Source of the DNA: an uncultured Bacilli bacterium
GTDB taxonomy: Bacteria; Bacillota_I; Bacilli_A; RF39; UBA660
Length of the DNA stretch: 64,000 nucleotides
Reading direction: 5' to 3'
NCBI GenBank assembly: GCA_934130405.1
Contig: CAKOXX010000002.1
Coordinates: forward strand, 28,100 to 92,099
The notes below the pieces were generated by a model that was given only the letters and a program-made list of their open reading frames with translations, did not search any database and was not told the origin of the DNA. Numbering within the stretch: the stretch's first letter is position 1; every line of letters starts with the position of its first letter. The translations under genes and the position numbers were made by a program. Below, one piece after another: positions 10,644 to 19,966 of this stretch.

Positions 10644-11138
10644 ATGATAAATATAAGTAAATATATATCTTGGTTTTTAGTCTTTCTTTGGATGATACTA
10701 ATCTTTACTTTGTCTAATATGACTGGTGAAGTATCTACTAAAGCTAGTGTTGGTGGGATAGAAAAAACTATTACTGTTGTTGCTAATACTACTAATAAGA
10801 TGAATATAACTAAGAAAGATAAAAATCAACCTAAAAGAATTAAGAAAATATCAAAGAAGTTAAATTATCCAGCAAGAAAATGTTTACATGTTACTGAATA
10901 TCTTATACTGACATTGCTTTTATATAATGCTTTTTGTAAGAGTGGTATTAAAAATAAAAAAACATTATTTCTATGTTTATTAATATGCTTCTTGTATGCT
11001 TGTACTGATGAGTTTCATCAATTGTTTAGAGAAAGAACTAGTAGTTTTATAGATGTATTAATAGATACATCAGGGGGATTAATTGCTGTTTTAATAATAA
11101 AATTAAAAGATTTGACTCCCGTGCGTATAAAAAGTTAG
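10644..11138 (+). CDS. VanZ-like family membrane protein
   Basis: CLHVTEYLILTLLLY and ACTDEFHQLF motifs with four TM segments. Confidence 0.6.
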   Translation: MINISKYISWFLVFLWMILIFTLSNMTGEVSTKASVGGIEKTITVVANTTNKMNITKKDKNQPKRIKKISKKLNYPARKCLHVTEYLILTLLLYNAFCKSGIKNKKTLFLCLLICFLYACTDEFHQLFRERTSSFIDVLIDTSGGLIAVLIIKLKDLTPVRIKS

Positions 11139-11186
11139 AATATACGCACGACAGTAAAATTTTATTAATTAAAAATAAGGGAATCG

Positions 11187-12623
11187 GTGAGTAGGATGTT
11201 AAAAAGATTAAATATTATTTTAAATATAATAGCTATCATATTTCTTTTAGTAGTATCTATTTCTATTACTAAGTTAAATATTTTACCGGGTAAATATTAT
11301 TATCCATCAATTGTGTTAGTACTAGTTATGATGCTATTATTTATACTTAGTATATTTAAAAGTGATAAGAAAGGTCTACTAATTACAAGTATCATTAGTT
11401 CAATAGTTATTAGTATAATATCTTCTTTAGGACTTATTTACTTAAATAGTACTAATAATCTATTAGATAATATAAGTTTCAAAAAAGAAAAAAGTATTTA
11501 CTATGTAGTAGTTAAAAAGAATAGTGATTATAAAGAACTATCTGACTTAGATGATAAAAAACTTGCTATTATGGAAAATGGTTCTACTAACTATCAAAAA
11601 GCTTTGAAAGAAGTTAATAAAAAGATAGATGTTAATACTGTTAAATATAAAAATGTTAATGTCTTAGCTAATGATTTAATTACAGAAAAAGTAGATGGTA
11701 TTTTACTAAATTCAAATAGTAAAAGAATACTAGATGATATATTAAAAGATTTTAAGAATAATACTAGAATAATAGAAAAAATATCTATTGATGTTAAACA
11801 AAGTAAAGAAAATGTAACTGTTAGTAATACTGAGCCATTTAATATTTTAATAAGTGGAATAGATACTGATGGTGATATTAACTCAGTATCAAGAAGTGAT
11901 GTTAATATTGTAATGACTGTTAATCCCAAGAATCATGAAGTACTTTTAACTAATATTCAAAGAGATATGCAAGTACAACTTCATGGTACAACAGGAATTA
12001 AAGACAAATTAACTCATGCTGGTATTTATGGTATTGATATGTCAAGACAAACAATTGAAGACTTTTTGGATACTAAAATACCATATTATATTAGAGTTAA
12101 TTTTGATAGTTTAGTAAAAGTAGTTGATACAATTGATGGTGTTGATATTGATAATGATATTGCATTTAAAGGTTATACTAGAAACTTTGAAGTTGGTAAG
12201 TTACATTTAAATGGTAAAGAAGCTTTAGAATATGCTAGAGAAAGAAAGAAAATGCCATCTGGTGACTATACTAGGGGATTACATCAAGAAAAAATAATAG
12301 AAGCAATTATTAATAAAGTAACTACTAGTAAAAAAATATTAAATAGTTATTCTAAGTTTACTAGTGTTTTAGATGAATTTATTCAAACTAATATTCCTTC
12401 TTCAACTATTAAAGCATATGTAAGAGAACAAATTGATACTATGCCTAGTTGGACAGTTATTAGTAGAGCAGTAGATTCAAGTGGTTCTGCTTTAGTAGAA
12501 ACATACTCTATGCCAGGAATGAATTTATATGTAGCATTTCCAGATGAAAATAGTGTTAGAACTGCTTCTACTATTATTAATGGGATGTTAGAAAATAAAA
12601 AGTATGATACTATAAATAAGTAA
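11187..12623 (+). CDS. LytR-CpsA-Psr (LCP) family polymer-to-peptidoglycan ligase
   Basis: N-terminal TM then ILISGIDTDG ... SRSDVNIVMTVNPKNHEVLLTNIQRDMQV LCP core; GTG start (alternative ATG 11196). Confidence 0.8.
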   Translation: MSRMLKRLNIILNIIAIIFLLVVSISITKLNILPGKYYYPSIVLVLVMMLLFILSIFKSDKKGLLITSIISSIVISIISSLGLIYLNSTNNLLDNISFKKEKSIYYVVVKKNSDYKELSDLDDKKLAIMENGSTNYQKALKEVNKKIDVNTVKYKNVNVLANDLITEKVDGILLNSNSKRILDDILKDFKNNTRIIEKISIDVKQSKENVTVSNTEPFNILISGIDTDGDINSVSRSDVNIVMTVNPKNHEVLLTNIQRDMQVQLHGTTGIKDKLTHAGIYGIDMSRQTIEDFLDTKIPYYIRVNFDSLVKVVDTIDGVDIDNDIAFKGYTRNFEVGKLHLNGKEALEYARERKKMPSGDYTRGLHQEKIIEAIINKVTTSKKILNSYSKFTSVLDEFIQTNIPSSTIKAYVREQIDTMPSWTVISRAVDSSGSALVETYSMPGMNLYVAFPDENSVRTASTIINGMLENKKYDTINK

Positions 12624-12728
12624 AATTAAGCTATTATGATTGATACTTCATAAGGCTTTTTTTTATTTGAAAACTAATTTACTTGCATATTTGATAAAAC
12701 ATATTATAATATAAGCAGGTGAGAGAAA

Positions 12729-13412
12729 GTGCGAAGGTTATTTTTAATTTTATTTAGCTGTATAATTATGATTAGTTGTACAGATGTTTATGCTAATATT
12801 ATGTGTAGAGATGGTTCTGTTAGTAAGACTTGTACTGATTGTCATAGGGGATGTTGTTCTCATCATGGTGGTTGTGCATCAGGTGGAAGCTCCTCTAGTA
12901 ATAATAGTTCTAGCAGTAGTTATAGAAGTAATTCATATGTAAAGTCTTATGTATATGGATGTACTAATGCTAATGCTATCAACTATAATGGTAGCGCTAA
13001 TAAAGATGATGGTAGTTGTATATTAAAAGTACTTGGTTGTACAGATAAAAATGCAGTTAATTATAATAGTAATGCTAATACAGACGACGGCAGTTGTATT
13101 GCTAAAGTGTTAGGTTGTATGGATGAAAAGGCAGATAATTATAATGAAAAAGCAAATACTGCTGATGGAAAATGTTTATATACAACGACTGAAACAGTAA
13201 CTAGAAAGATTAAATATAAAACTAAATATAAATTTAATTTATTCAAGAACGGAAAGGTATATCGAAAAGGAAAAAACGGTAAGAAAGAAATAACTTACAA
13301 AATAACTAGAAATGAAAAAAATAAAGTAGTAACAAAAGAAAAGGTAAACGAAAAAACACTAGTTAAAAAAGTAGATAAAATTGTCTACACTAATAAACTT
13401 GGAAAAAAATGA
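12729..13412 (+). CDS. secreted Cys-rich protein with three tandem about 35-aa GC[TM]D..A.NYN..AN.DDG[SK]C modules and a Lys-rich tail
   Basis: signal peptide; Cys/His cluster CTDCHRGCCSHHGGC; three repeats visible directly in the translation. Confidence 0.6.
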   Translation: MRRLFLILFSCIIMISCTDVYANIMCRDGSVSKTCTDCHRGCCSHHGGCASGGSSSSNNSSSSSYRSNSYVKSYVYGCTNANAINYNGSANKDDGSCILKVLGCTDKNAVNYNSNANTDDGSCIAKVLGCMDEKADNYNEKANTADGKCLYTTTETVTRKIKYKTKYKFNLFKNGKVYRKGKNGKKEITYKITRNEKNKVVTKEKVNEKTLVKKVDKIVYTNKLGKK

Positions 13413-13714
13413 TTGTTCAAGTTTATTGTATGAGATAAGACAAATTATAATGAACTAATCTTTTTGGCTCATATTATAATTAAGTAATCAAAAATAATAG
13501 GTAAATGAGCTTCTTGACAATATAGTTTTTCGGTATATTTCATTTTCTATCTTTCTCTGCATCATAAAGACTGATAGTGTTGATATAAAAGGGTCTTCTT
13601 TCATCTATTTTACTTTTCCTTTTTAAGTTTGCTTATAGTAGTATTTTTTTAGTAACATTTAATAAAATTTTAGCTTTTCCCATTATATCTTTGCCCAATA
13701 GAAAAGGATAAAAC

Positions 13715-14635
13715 CTAAAGTTTTATCGCTTTTACTTCTTTTATTGGTATACCAGTCATTCTAGTAACTTCTTCTTGACTCATTCCGTTATTAAGCATCG
13801 CACTAATTATAGAAATTCTTTCTTTTGTGCTTCCTTGCTCAAGTCCACGTTCAAGTCCACGTTCAATTCCAGCTTTAAATGATATACTTCTAATACCATT
13901 TTCAATTCTTTCTCGCTCCATGTCAGCATCGTAAAGTCCAATAGTATTAATATCAAGAGAAGCTTCTTTTATTCGTCCTACTGCTTCCATTAAGTCATTA
14001 TCTCCTTTCCCTAATTTTTCTAAATCACTAATCTTATCAACTTTCAGTATAAGTAACGCTTTTTCAAGTTTACTTAATCTAGCTCCATTATAATATTTCT
14101 TAGCTAGTTTTGGAAGACTGATATGATATTTTTTAACTTTTTCCGTTTCAATTTGTTTACTTTTTTTATCAGTATAAACAAATTCTAATGTTGAATCATT
14201 ACCTTTAAAGTAAGTAAAATTATTTAGATTAATCTGTAAAAACGAATAAAGGGTACTATAATCATTACCAGAGTTTAAACTTTCTCCTTCAATCTTTCCT
14301 AGATAAGCATCATTTCGCATGAATAACCATTCATAATATTTGCCATTCATTTCGATATTAACTAATAACTTATCAATACCAACAATAAAATCAGAGATTT
14401 TTCTTTTTTCCTTAGCATTACTCAGATTAAGTTCATTATTCTTAATCACTAATTTACGTTTAATATCTTCTTTTGATACACCCGTAAATTCACTAATTAG
14501 AAAAGAAAGATAATTAGGACAAGAAGTCATCACTATCTTAAAGACAGAGTCTTGTGTAGCTGGTATAACCTTATGTTCTCTTAAGAGTTTTTCTTTTAAT
14601 TTTAAAACTCTATCATTATCTAAGTTTACAATATT
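13715..14635 (-). CDS. Rpn-family / PD-(D/E)XK nuclease 'putative transposase' (YhgA-like)
   Basis: Acidic-basic C-terminal repeat AGIERGLERGLEQG (12-bp DNA repeat at 13847-13880) followed by a short tail, matching the family's characteristic end. The ORF-track start is 14533 (the ATG at 14531-14533). The frame stays open upstream to 14635, directly after a GGAGGTG SD (possible ATT start, or GTG at 14534-14536). Confidence 0.65.
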   Translation of the reverse strand, partial: NIVNLDNDRVLKLKEKLLREHKVIPATQDSVFKIVMTSCPNYLSFLISEFTGVSKEDIKRKLVIKNNELNLSNAKEKRKISDFIVGIDKLLVNIEMNGKYYEWLFMRNDAYLGKIEGESLNSGNDYSTLYSFLQINLNNFTYFKGNDSTLEFVYTDKKSKQIETEKVKKYHISLPKLAKKYYNGARLSKLEKALLILKVDKISDLEKLGKGDNDLMEAVGRIKEASLDINTIGLYDADMERERIENGIRSISFKAGIERGLERGLEQGSTKERISIISAMLNNGMSQEEVTRMTGIPIKEVKAIKL

Positions 14636-14691
14636 TTCTCACCTCCTTTCGGTGAGACCTAATCTAACACATATAAAAAAGAAGAGCAAAT

Positions 14692-14797
14692 ACCGAATTT
14701 TTAAAATTCACCCTTCTTTTTTGCCGAATTTGGCATTTTCAGCTATAGAATTTGCTATTTTCAGGAAAATTTAGACCTGAATTTGCAAAATTACCAC
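14692..14797. repeat. four iterated near-palindromic 15-17-bp motifs (GAATTTTTAAAATTC, GAATTTGGCATTTTCAG, GAATTTGCTATTTTCAG, GAATTTGCAAAATTAC) spaced 31/22/31 bp
   Basis: read directly; the last copy matches 16/17 with 62001-62017 upstream of the second Rpn gene. Confidence 0.7.
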
Positions 14798-14837
14798 TTT
14801 TTAAAAAAAATAATTTTTTTTATCACATAGTAAAAGA

Positions 14838-14870
14838 TGAATCGTAAAAATTCATCTTTAATAGTTTTAA
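14838..14870 (-). terminator. hairpin AAAGATGAAT..ATTCATCTTT immediately after the RNHCP gene stop
   Basis: perfect 10-bp inverted repeat with T-rich flank. Confidence 0.5.
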
Positions 14871-14871
14871 T

Positions 14872-15168
14872 CTATTTAGAAATATTAATTATTTCATCTA
14901 AACTATCATCTGTTGCCATTATGTTTTTGTGTTCTTGATTACATTTTTCACACCGATAGAGTATTTTGTAAGTATCCTTAAACTTTTCAATACCAATTGG
15001 TCTTAATAGACCTTTACACGGATTAGCTCTATCACCAGGCATAATATCTATATGAATAGAGTAAAGACAGTAAGGACAATGATCTCTTGTTGTGTATCCT
15101 AAAGGAGAAATTTCTTTTCCACAATGTATACAAGTAAAACCTTCATCTCTTTTAACAAACTGTTTCAT
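14872..15168 (-). CDS. RNHCP-domain protein (zinc-ribbon; motif variant TRDHCPYC)
   Basis: CIHCGK ... RDHCPYC ... CEKCNQ Cys pattern. The ORF track uses TTG 15204; ATG 15168 (MKQFV) is preferred because a TGtTATACT extended -10 lies inside the longer ORF. Confidence 0.55.
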   Translation of the reverse strand: MKQFVKRDEGFTCIHCGKEISPLGYTTRDHCPYCLYSIHIDIMPGDRANPCKGLLRPIGIEKFKDTYKILYRCEKCNQEHKNIMATDDSLDEIINISK

Positions 15169-15247
15169 AAAATCACCATTTAAAGTATAACAATAATTTG
15201 TCAAAAATTCTATTGTTTGTTATGATAAAAATGAAAGAGGTAAGATT

Positions 15248-16372
15248 ATGATTAAATATGAAGCATTAGTTAACAAATATTATTATAATAGTGAAAATCT
15301 TGATAATGTAATAAAGCTACTTAAAGATACTGATTATTATGAAAATTGTAGTAGAGAAAATGTTTCTATTCTTGTAGAATCGGTAAATAAATTCTTAGAT
15401 GATATAAAAGTTCAAAAAGAAAATGTTATTTTAGAACGACATGAAACAGAAGCTGAAGCACGAGCATATTTTGGTGAAGAATTTATTAACAAATTTGATA
15501 AATTACTTACAGAACTTGATCAACAACAAACCATAGTAGCACTTCATGGAACTGCTCCTGATGATTGTCCAAAGATATGTGAAGAAGGTTTGAAATATAC
15601 ATATCCAGCTCTTAATTCTACTGCAATTTCGCAATCAATGGCTTATGGTGAAGGTGAGATGCACTACAATAAATATGAAGGATTGTTAAATTGGAAGCAT
15701 AAGAACTACAAGGGATTAGTAATGATTGCCGTTCCTTATGAATGTTATTATAAAGAAGGACTTTGGAATCAATATCAAGCAACAGATAGAGGTATGATTT
15801 ATTGTCAGGATTATAAAATTAATCCAGATTTTGTTGCTGGCTATATAGATGTAAATGATAAGAAAATAGTAGTTAATCCTAAATATAATAGAAATCATGA
15901 TTATACTGGATTAGTAGAAGATATGGATATTTATAGAGAAAATAAAGAGTTAAATAATGACAAGGTTGCAAGTATAATGAGGACAAGTAAAGAAGAATTG
16001 CAATCATCAGTACCAACAAATGTAGAAGAAAAAAAGAAACAGGAAGAAGAAATTGATATCCAAAAAGTACCAGAATATATAGAAAGTTTAAACTATACAT
16101 TTAATTCAATTAAAATAGGTTATCCTGATGCGATGAGTGAGGAAAAATATAAAGAAATTTTATCAGACTTATCAAAGGGTTTTACTAAAGTTACTAAAGC
16201 ATTACCTTTATTAAAAACGGAAGAAGAACTAAAAAAAACAACAGAACCAATTTCTCCTTCTCCCAGTACTGTTCAAAGTACAAATGATTTTGTTTTTGAT
16301 GATAACTTTTTTGATGATGATATGGAATGGGAAGATGAATCTTCTATGCAACAAGAAAATAAAAAGTTATAA
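15248..16372 (+). CDS. hypothetical protein (374 aa, acidic C-terminus), divergent from the RNHCP gene
   Basis: long ORF with coding-like composition; no recognisable motif. Confidence 0.5.
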   Translation: MIKYEALVNKYYYNSENLDNVIKLLKDTDYYENCSRENVSILVESVNKFLDDIKVQKENVILERHETEAEARAYFGEEFINKFDKLLTELDQQQTIVALHGTAPDDCPKICEEGLKYTYPALNSTAISQSMAYGEGEMHYNKYEGLLNWKHKNYKGLVMIAVPYECYYKEGLWNQYQATDRGMIYCQDYKINPDFVAGYIDVNDKKIVVNPKYNRNHDYTGLVEDMDIYRENKELNNDKVASIMRTSKEELQSSVPTNVEEKKKQEEEIDIQKVPEYIESLNYTFNSIKIGYPDAMSEEKYKEILSDLSKGFTKVTKALPLLKTEEELKKTTEPISPSPSTVQSTNDFVFDDNFFDDDMEWEDESSMQQENKKL

Positions 16373-16398
16373 TTTTATGGCATAGGTGGTTTGTCAAA

Positions 16399-16428
16399 AA
16401 CTTCATTATTTGCTATAATTTCTAATGA
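16399..16428 (+). promoter_or_regulatory. sigma-A-like promoter (TTGTCA, 17-nt spacer, TATAAT) for scpA
   Basis: consensus hexamers 16 nt upstream of the scpA start. Confidence 0.5.
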
Positions 16429-16443
16429 AAGGTTACGATTTAT

Positions 16444-17145
16444 ATGGAGTTTACAATAGAAGGATTTGAAGGACCACTTGACCTTCTTCTTCATCTTATA
16501 AAAGAAAATAAAATGGACATATTTGATATTGAAATAAATCTAATAACAGAACAATATCTAAAATATATTCATAATATGGAAAAAGTAAATCTTGAAGTAT
16601 CAGAGTATTTAGTTTTAGCTAGTGAACTTATTGAAATAAAAGCAAAGATGTTACTTCCTAGAAAACAACAAGAAAGTGAAAAAGAAGAAGAGGACCCAAG
16701 AGAAGAATTAGTTAATAAATTATTAGAATATCAGGCTTATAAAGAAATTAGTAAAGATTTAAAAGAAAAAGAAGAATTAAGAAAAGAAATTTATACTAAA
16801 GCACCAGAAAGATATAGTGATTATCAAGAGGAAGAAGTCACTTTTGAAGGTGGTTCTGTTGATTTACTAGTAGATGCTTTTAAGAAATTTTTATTAAGAA
16901 AACAAGAAGAAAAACCACTTAATACTAAAGTAACTAAAAAAGGTATAACTGTGTCTAGTAGAAGATATGAAATAAAAAACTTACTTAAAGAAAAAGGAAG
17001 AGTTAACTTTTACCAGATGTTTACTGTTCCAACAAAAGAATATATAGTGGTTACTTTTCTAGCTATATTAGAAATGGCTAAAAATAAAGAGTTAATTATT
17101 CATCAAGAAGGTATTTATGATGAAATAATTTGTGAGGGGGTCTAA
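16444..17145 (+). CDS. scpA: segregation and condensation protein A
   Basis: N-terminal GFEGPLDLLLHLIKENKMDIFDIEINLITEQYL is the ScpA signature. Confidence 0.85.
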   Translation: MEFTIEGFEGPLDLLLHLIKENKMDIFDIEINLITEQYLKYIHNMEKVNLEVSEYLVLASELIEIKAKMLLPRKQQESEKEEEDPREELVNKLLEYQAYKEISKDLKEKEELRKEIYTKAPERYSDYQEEEVTFEGGSVDLLVDAFKKFLLRKQEEKPLNTKVTKKGITVSSRRYEIKNLLKEKGRVNFYQMFTVPTKEYIVVTFLAILEMAKNKELIIHQEGIYDEIICEGV

Positions 17146-17146
17146 G

Positions 17147-17713
17147 ATGGAAGCAGTACTTGAAGGATTATTGTTTGTAGTAGGAGATGATGGATTATCT
17201 CTTGAACAAATTAAAGATATCTTAGAAATCGATTTTGAAGAAATTAAAGCATTAATTGCATCTTTACAAGAAGAATACTCAAAAAGTAATAGGGGAATAA
17301 AGATAGAATTTTTAGGTAATAAATTAAAACTTACTACTAAGAAAGAACATCATTTATATTACCAAAAGTTATTAGAAAATAAAGAAACACATTCATTAAG
17401 TCAGGCAGCTCTTGAAACACTTGCTATTGTAGCTTATAATCAACCATTAACGAGAATTCAAGTTGATCAATTAAGAGGAATAGCTAGTGGACCAATGATT
17501 GGAAAATTAGTTGCTAAAGGATTTATTAAAGAAGCTGGTAGAAGTAATTTACCAGGAAGACCTATTCTTTATGAAACAACAAGTGATTTTCTAGATTATT
17601 TTGGACTTGCTAATATTGATGACTTACCAGATATGCGAGACTTTTTAAGTAATAGTGAAGATAAAGATGAAGAAGTAGATTTGTATGAATCTAAATACAA
17701 AGAAACTGTATAA
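17147..17713 (+). CDS. scpB: segregation and condensation protein B
   Basis: LEGLLFVVGDDGLSLEQI and winged-helix repeats; ATG 17147 with GAGGGGG SD; overlaps the scpA end. Confidence 0.85.
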   Translation: MEAVLEGLLFVVGDDGLSLEQIKDILEIDFEEIKALIASLQEEYSKSNRGIKIEFLGNKLKLTTKKEHHLYYQKLLENKETHSLSQAALETLAIVAYNQPLTRIQVDQLRGIASGPMIGKLVAKGFIKEAGRSNLPGRPILYETTSDFLDYFGLANIDDLPDMRDFLSNSEDKDEEVDLYESKYKETV

Positions 17714-17715
17714 TT

Positions 17716-17752
17716 AATGAAACTGGTCAATGGTTTTACTATACCAGTTTTT
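17716..17752 (+). terminator. rho-independent terminator (AAACTGGT..ACCAGTTT + TTTTTCTTG)
   Basis: 8-bp stem and T-run right after the scpB stop. Confidence 0.6.
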
Positions 17753-17985
17753 TCTTGTTGTTAAAAGTCAAGTATTATGATATTATTAAGATGTCAAGAA
17801 TACTGATATTTGATAATAGGAAGGTAGGAGACAGTTGTGGTAGTAGTAGTAAAAGACTGTCAAAAACTAAATACTAATGTAAGAAGTAGTGTACCTACTT
17901 TCTTTTTTCAATGATAGATTAATATCAAAAAGGTATAAATCTATCTTTTTTGTTAAATACTAAAATAGAAAGTGGGTCTTAGTTT

Positions 17986-19848
17986 ATGCGTAATAAGAAC
18001 AAATCTTTTTTATTTATAATACTTATTTTAATCCTATTAATAGCAGTAATTGGTATCAGTTATGCAGCTTTCTCCTATACAGGTACAGGTCAAAAATTGA
18101 ATACTATTACAACAGGTGCAATATCTATGGAGTATGTTGAAAGTACTAATGTCATTTCTATGAATAATGCACTTCCAACGACTGATGCTACTGGAAAGAA
18201 GTTATCAGATTCTGGAGAATACTTTGATTTTACCGTTAAATCATCAATCGCCGGAAACACTGATATCAACTATGAAATAGCAGCAAAAGAGGAAAATGGT
18301 AATACCTTTTCAGGACAAAATGTTAAATTTTATCTAACAAAAGTCAATGCCGATGGAAGTGAAGAAGAAGCAATGCCCCCAAAGACCTATTCCGAAGACC
18401 CAACCGGAAATGTCTATACTGGCAGACCATCCGATATGATGAGTCTATTTGTTGGTAATTTAAATCAACAAGGTGATACCGAAATAAAATATAGATTGAG
18501 ATTATGGGTCGATGAAAATTATAATCCACAAAGTGATAATGGTGGACTAGTATATAAAGTAAAAGTAAATGTCTATGGACAAACAAGTGATACTGTAGCG
18601 GAGGTAGAAGATACCTATTGTAAAGATAATGGATTTAATACTTTATCCGATTGTATGTTAGTAATGAATAATCATGAAGCATCAGTAGAAACAGCTAAAA
18701 CTAATATTAATGCTAAAGGTACCCCAGACTTTTCTAAAACAGCCACCACTGATGAAGGATTATTTATGGCGGAAGATGATGACGGTCCTAGTTATTATTA
18801 TAGAGGAGCAGTTAAGAATAATTATGTATCCTTTGCAGGATACACTTGGAGAATTATCCGTCAAAATGGAGATAGAAGTGTCAGAATGATATATTCTGGA
18901 AAGACAACGAGTGATACAGGTGAAGCAACAATCGGAAATTCACAGTTTGCCAATAAATCTTTGGATCCAACCTATGTTGGCTATAAATATAATGAAAAAT
19001 TTTCACTACATGAAAACAATGATATAACTAAATATACGTCATTTGTAAATACAACAAAATACAACTTTGGAACAGGATACACCTTTGATGAATCAACTAA
19101 GAAATTCACTTTAACTGGAACTATTAAGCAATTAACATGGAATGATAATCATGATGAAATAGTATCAGGAAAATTATATAGTTGTCTAAATAAAGATTGT
19201 AATATTATCTATAAAATAAATGATTATTTTGATGACAGAATAATGATAGTTCAGCCAATATCATATAGTAGTGACAGTTATGTTGATGCAGTAACAAATA
19301 ATGTGAGCTCAACTATGAAAAACACTTTAGATACATGGTATAAAAATAATTTAATAGGTTATTCATCGTACTTAACAGATGAAGTGGTTTGCAATGATCG
19401 AAGTATTTCTACCGGTACAGGATACAAAATAGACAATTATACATTTTATAGCTCATATGATAGACTTGCTAATCATAGATTACCAAGTTTAAAATGTGCT
19501 CAAGATAATGATAAATTTAAAATGTCAAATGATAGTGCTAAATTAGATTATCCAATATCACTTATCACAGCAGATGAGGTGGCAATGGCTGGCGGAGTAT
19601 CAAATATATCTAATAGTAATTATTATTTATACAACGGTCATAGTAATTGGACAATGACTCCTGGCTATTTTGATCCTTATGGAACTTATGCAAGTGTCTG
19701 GGGAGTAGGACAGAAGGGTGAGTTATATCCTTGGGGTAATACTATTTATTATTTTGAAATATGTCCAGTTATAAATCTAAAAGCAGATGTTCAAATCACA
19801 AAGGGAGATGGAACTGCTTTAAATCCATATGTTATTTCAGTTGACTAA
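17986..19848 (+). CDS. hypothetical signal-anchored secreted protein (620 aa)
   Basis: N-terminal hydrophobic segment then a Thr/Asn/Tyr-rich extracellular domain; no recognised family. Confidence 0.55.
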   Translation: MRNKNKSFLFIILILILLIAVIGISYAAFSYTGTGQKLNTITTGAISMEYVESTNVISMNNALPTTDATGKKLSDSGEYFDFTVKSSIAGNTDINYEIAAKEENGNTFSGQNVKFYLTKVNADGSEEEAMPPKTYSEDPTGNVYTGRPSDMMSLFVGNLNQQGDTEIKYRLRLWVDENYNPQSDNGGLVYKVKVNVYGQTSDTVAEVEDTYCKDNGFNTLSDCMLVMNNHEASVETAKTNINAKGTPDFSKTATTDEGLFMAEDDDGPSYYYRGAVKNNYVSFAGYTWRIIRQNGDRSVRMIYSGKTTSDTGEATIGNSQFANKSLDPTYVGYKYNEKFSLHENNDITKYTSFVNTTKYNFGTGYTFDESTKKFTLTGTIKQLTWNDNHDEIVSGKLYSCLNKDCNIIYKINDYFDDRIMIVQPISYSSDSYVDAVTNNVSSTMKNTLDTWYKNNLIGYSSYLTDEVVCNDRSISTGTGYKIDNYTFYSSYDRLANHRLPSLKCAQDNDKFKMSNDSAKLDYPISLITADEVAMAGGVSNISNSNYYLYNGHSNWTMTPGYFDPYGTYASVWGVGQKGELYPWGNTIYYFEICPVINLKADVQITKGDGTALNPYVISVD

Positions 19849-19851
19849 AAA

Positions 19852-19890
19852 TAAAAAGATAGTTGATGGTAATCATTGCTATCTTTTAAT
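19852..19890 (+). terminator. terminator-like hairpin (AAAGATAG..CTATCTTT)
   Basis: 8-bp inverted repeat after the stop. Confidence 0.4.
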
Positions 19891-19966
19891 ATGAAAAATT
19901 TATTGTTAAAGATAGCAATATCTGATATTATCATATTAGAGGGTAAGATATTAGGAGTAATTGATT

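Noticed and set aside
17986-18100. Type IV prepilin leader on the 620-aa secreted protein
   Set aside because: No G/FTLIE-type prepilin cleavage motif. The hydrophobic segment looks like an ordinary signal anchor.
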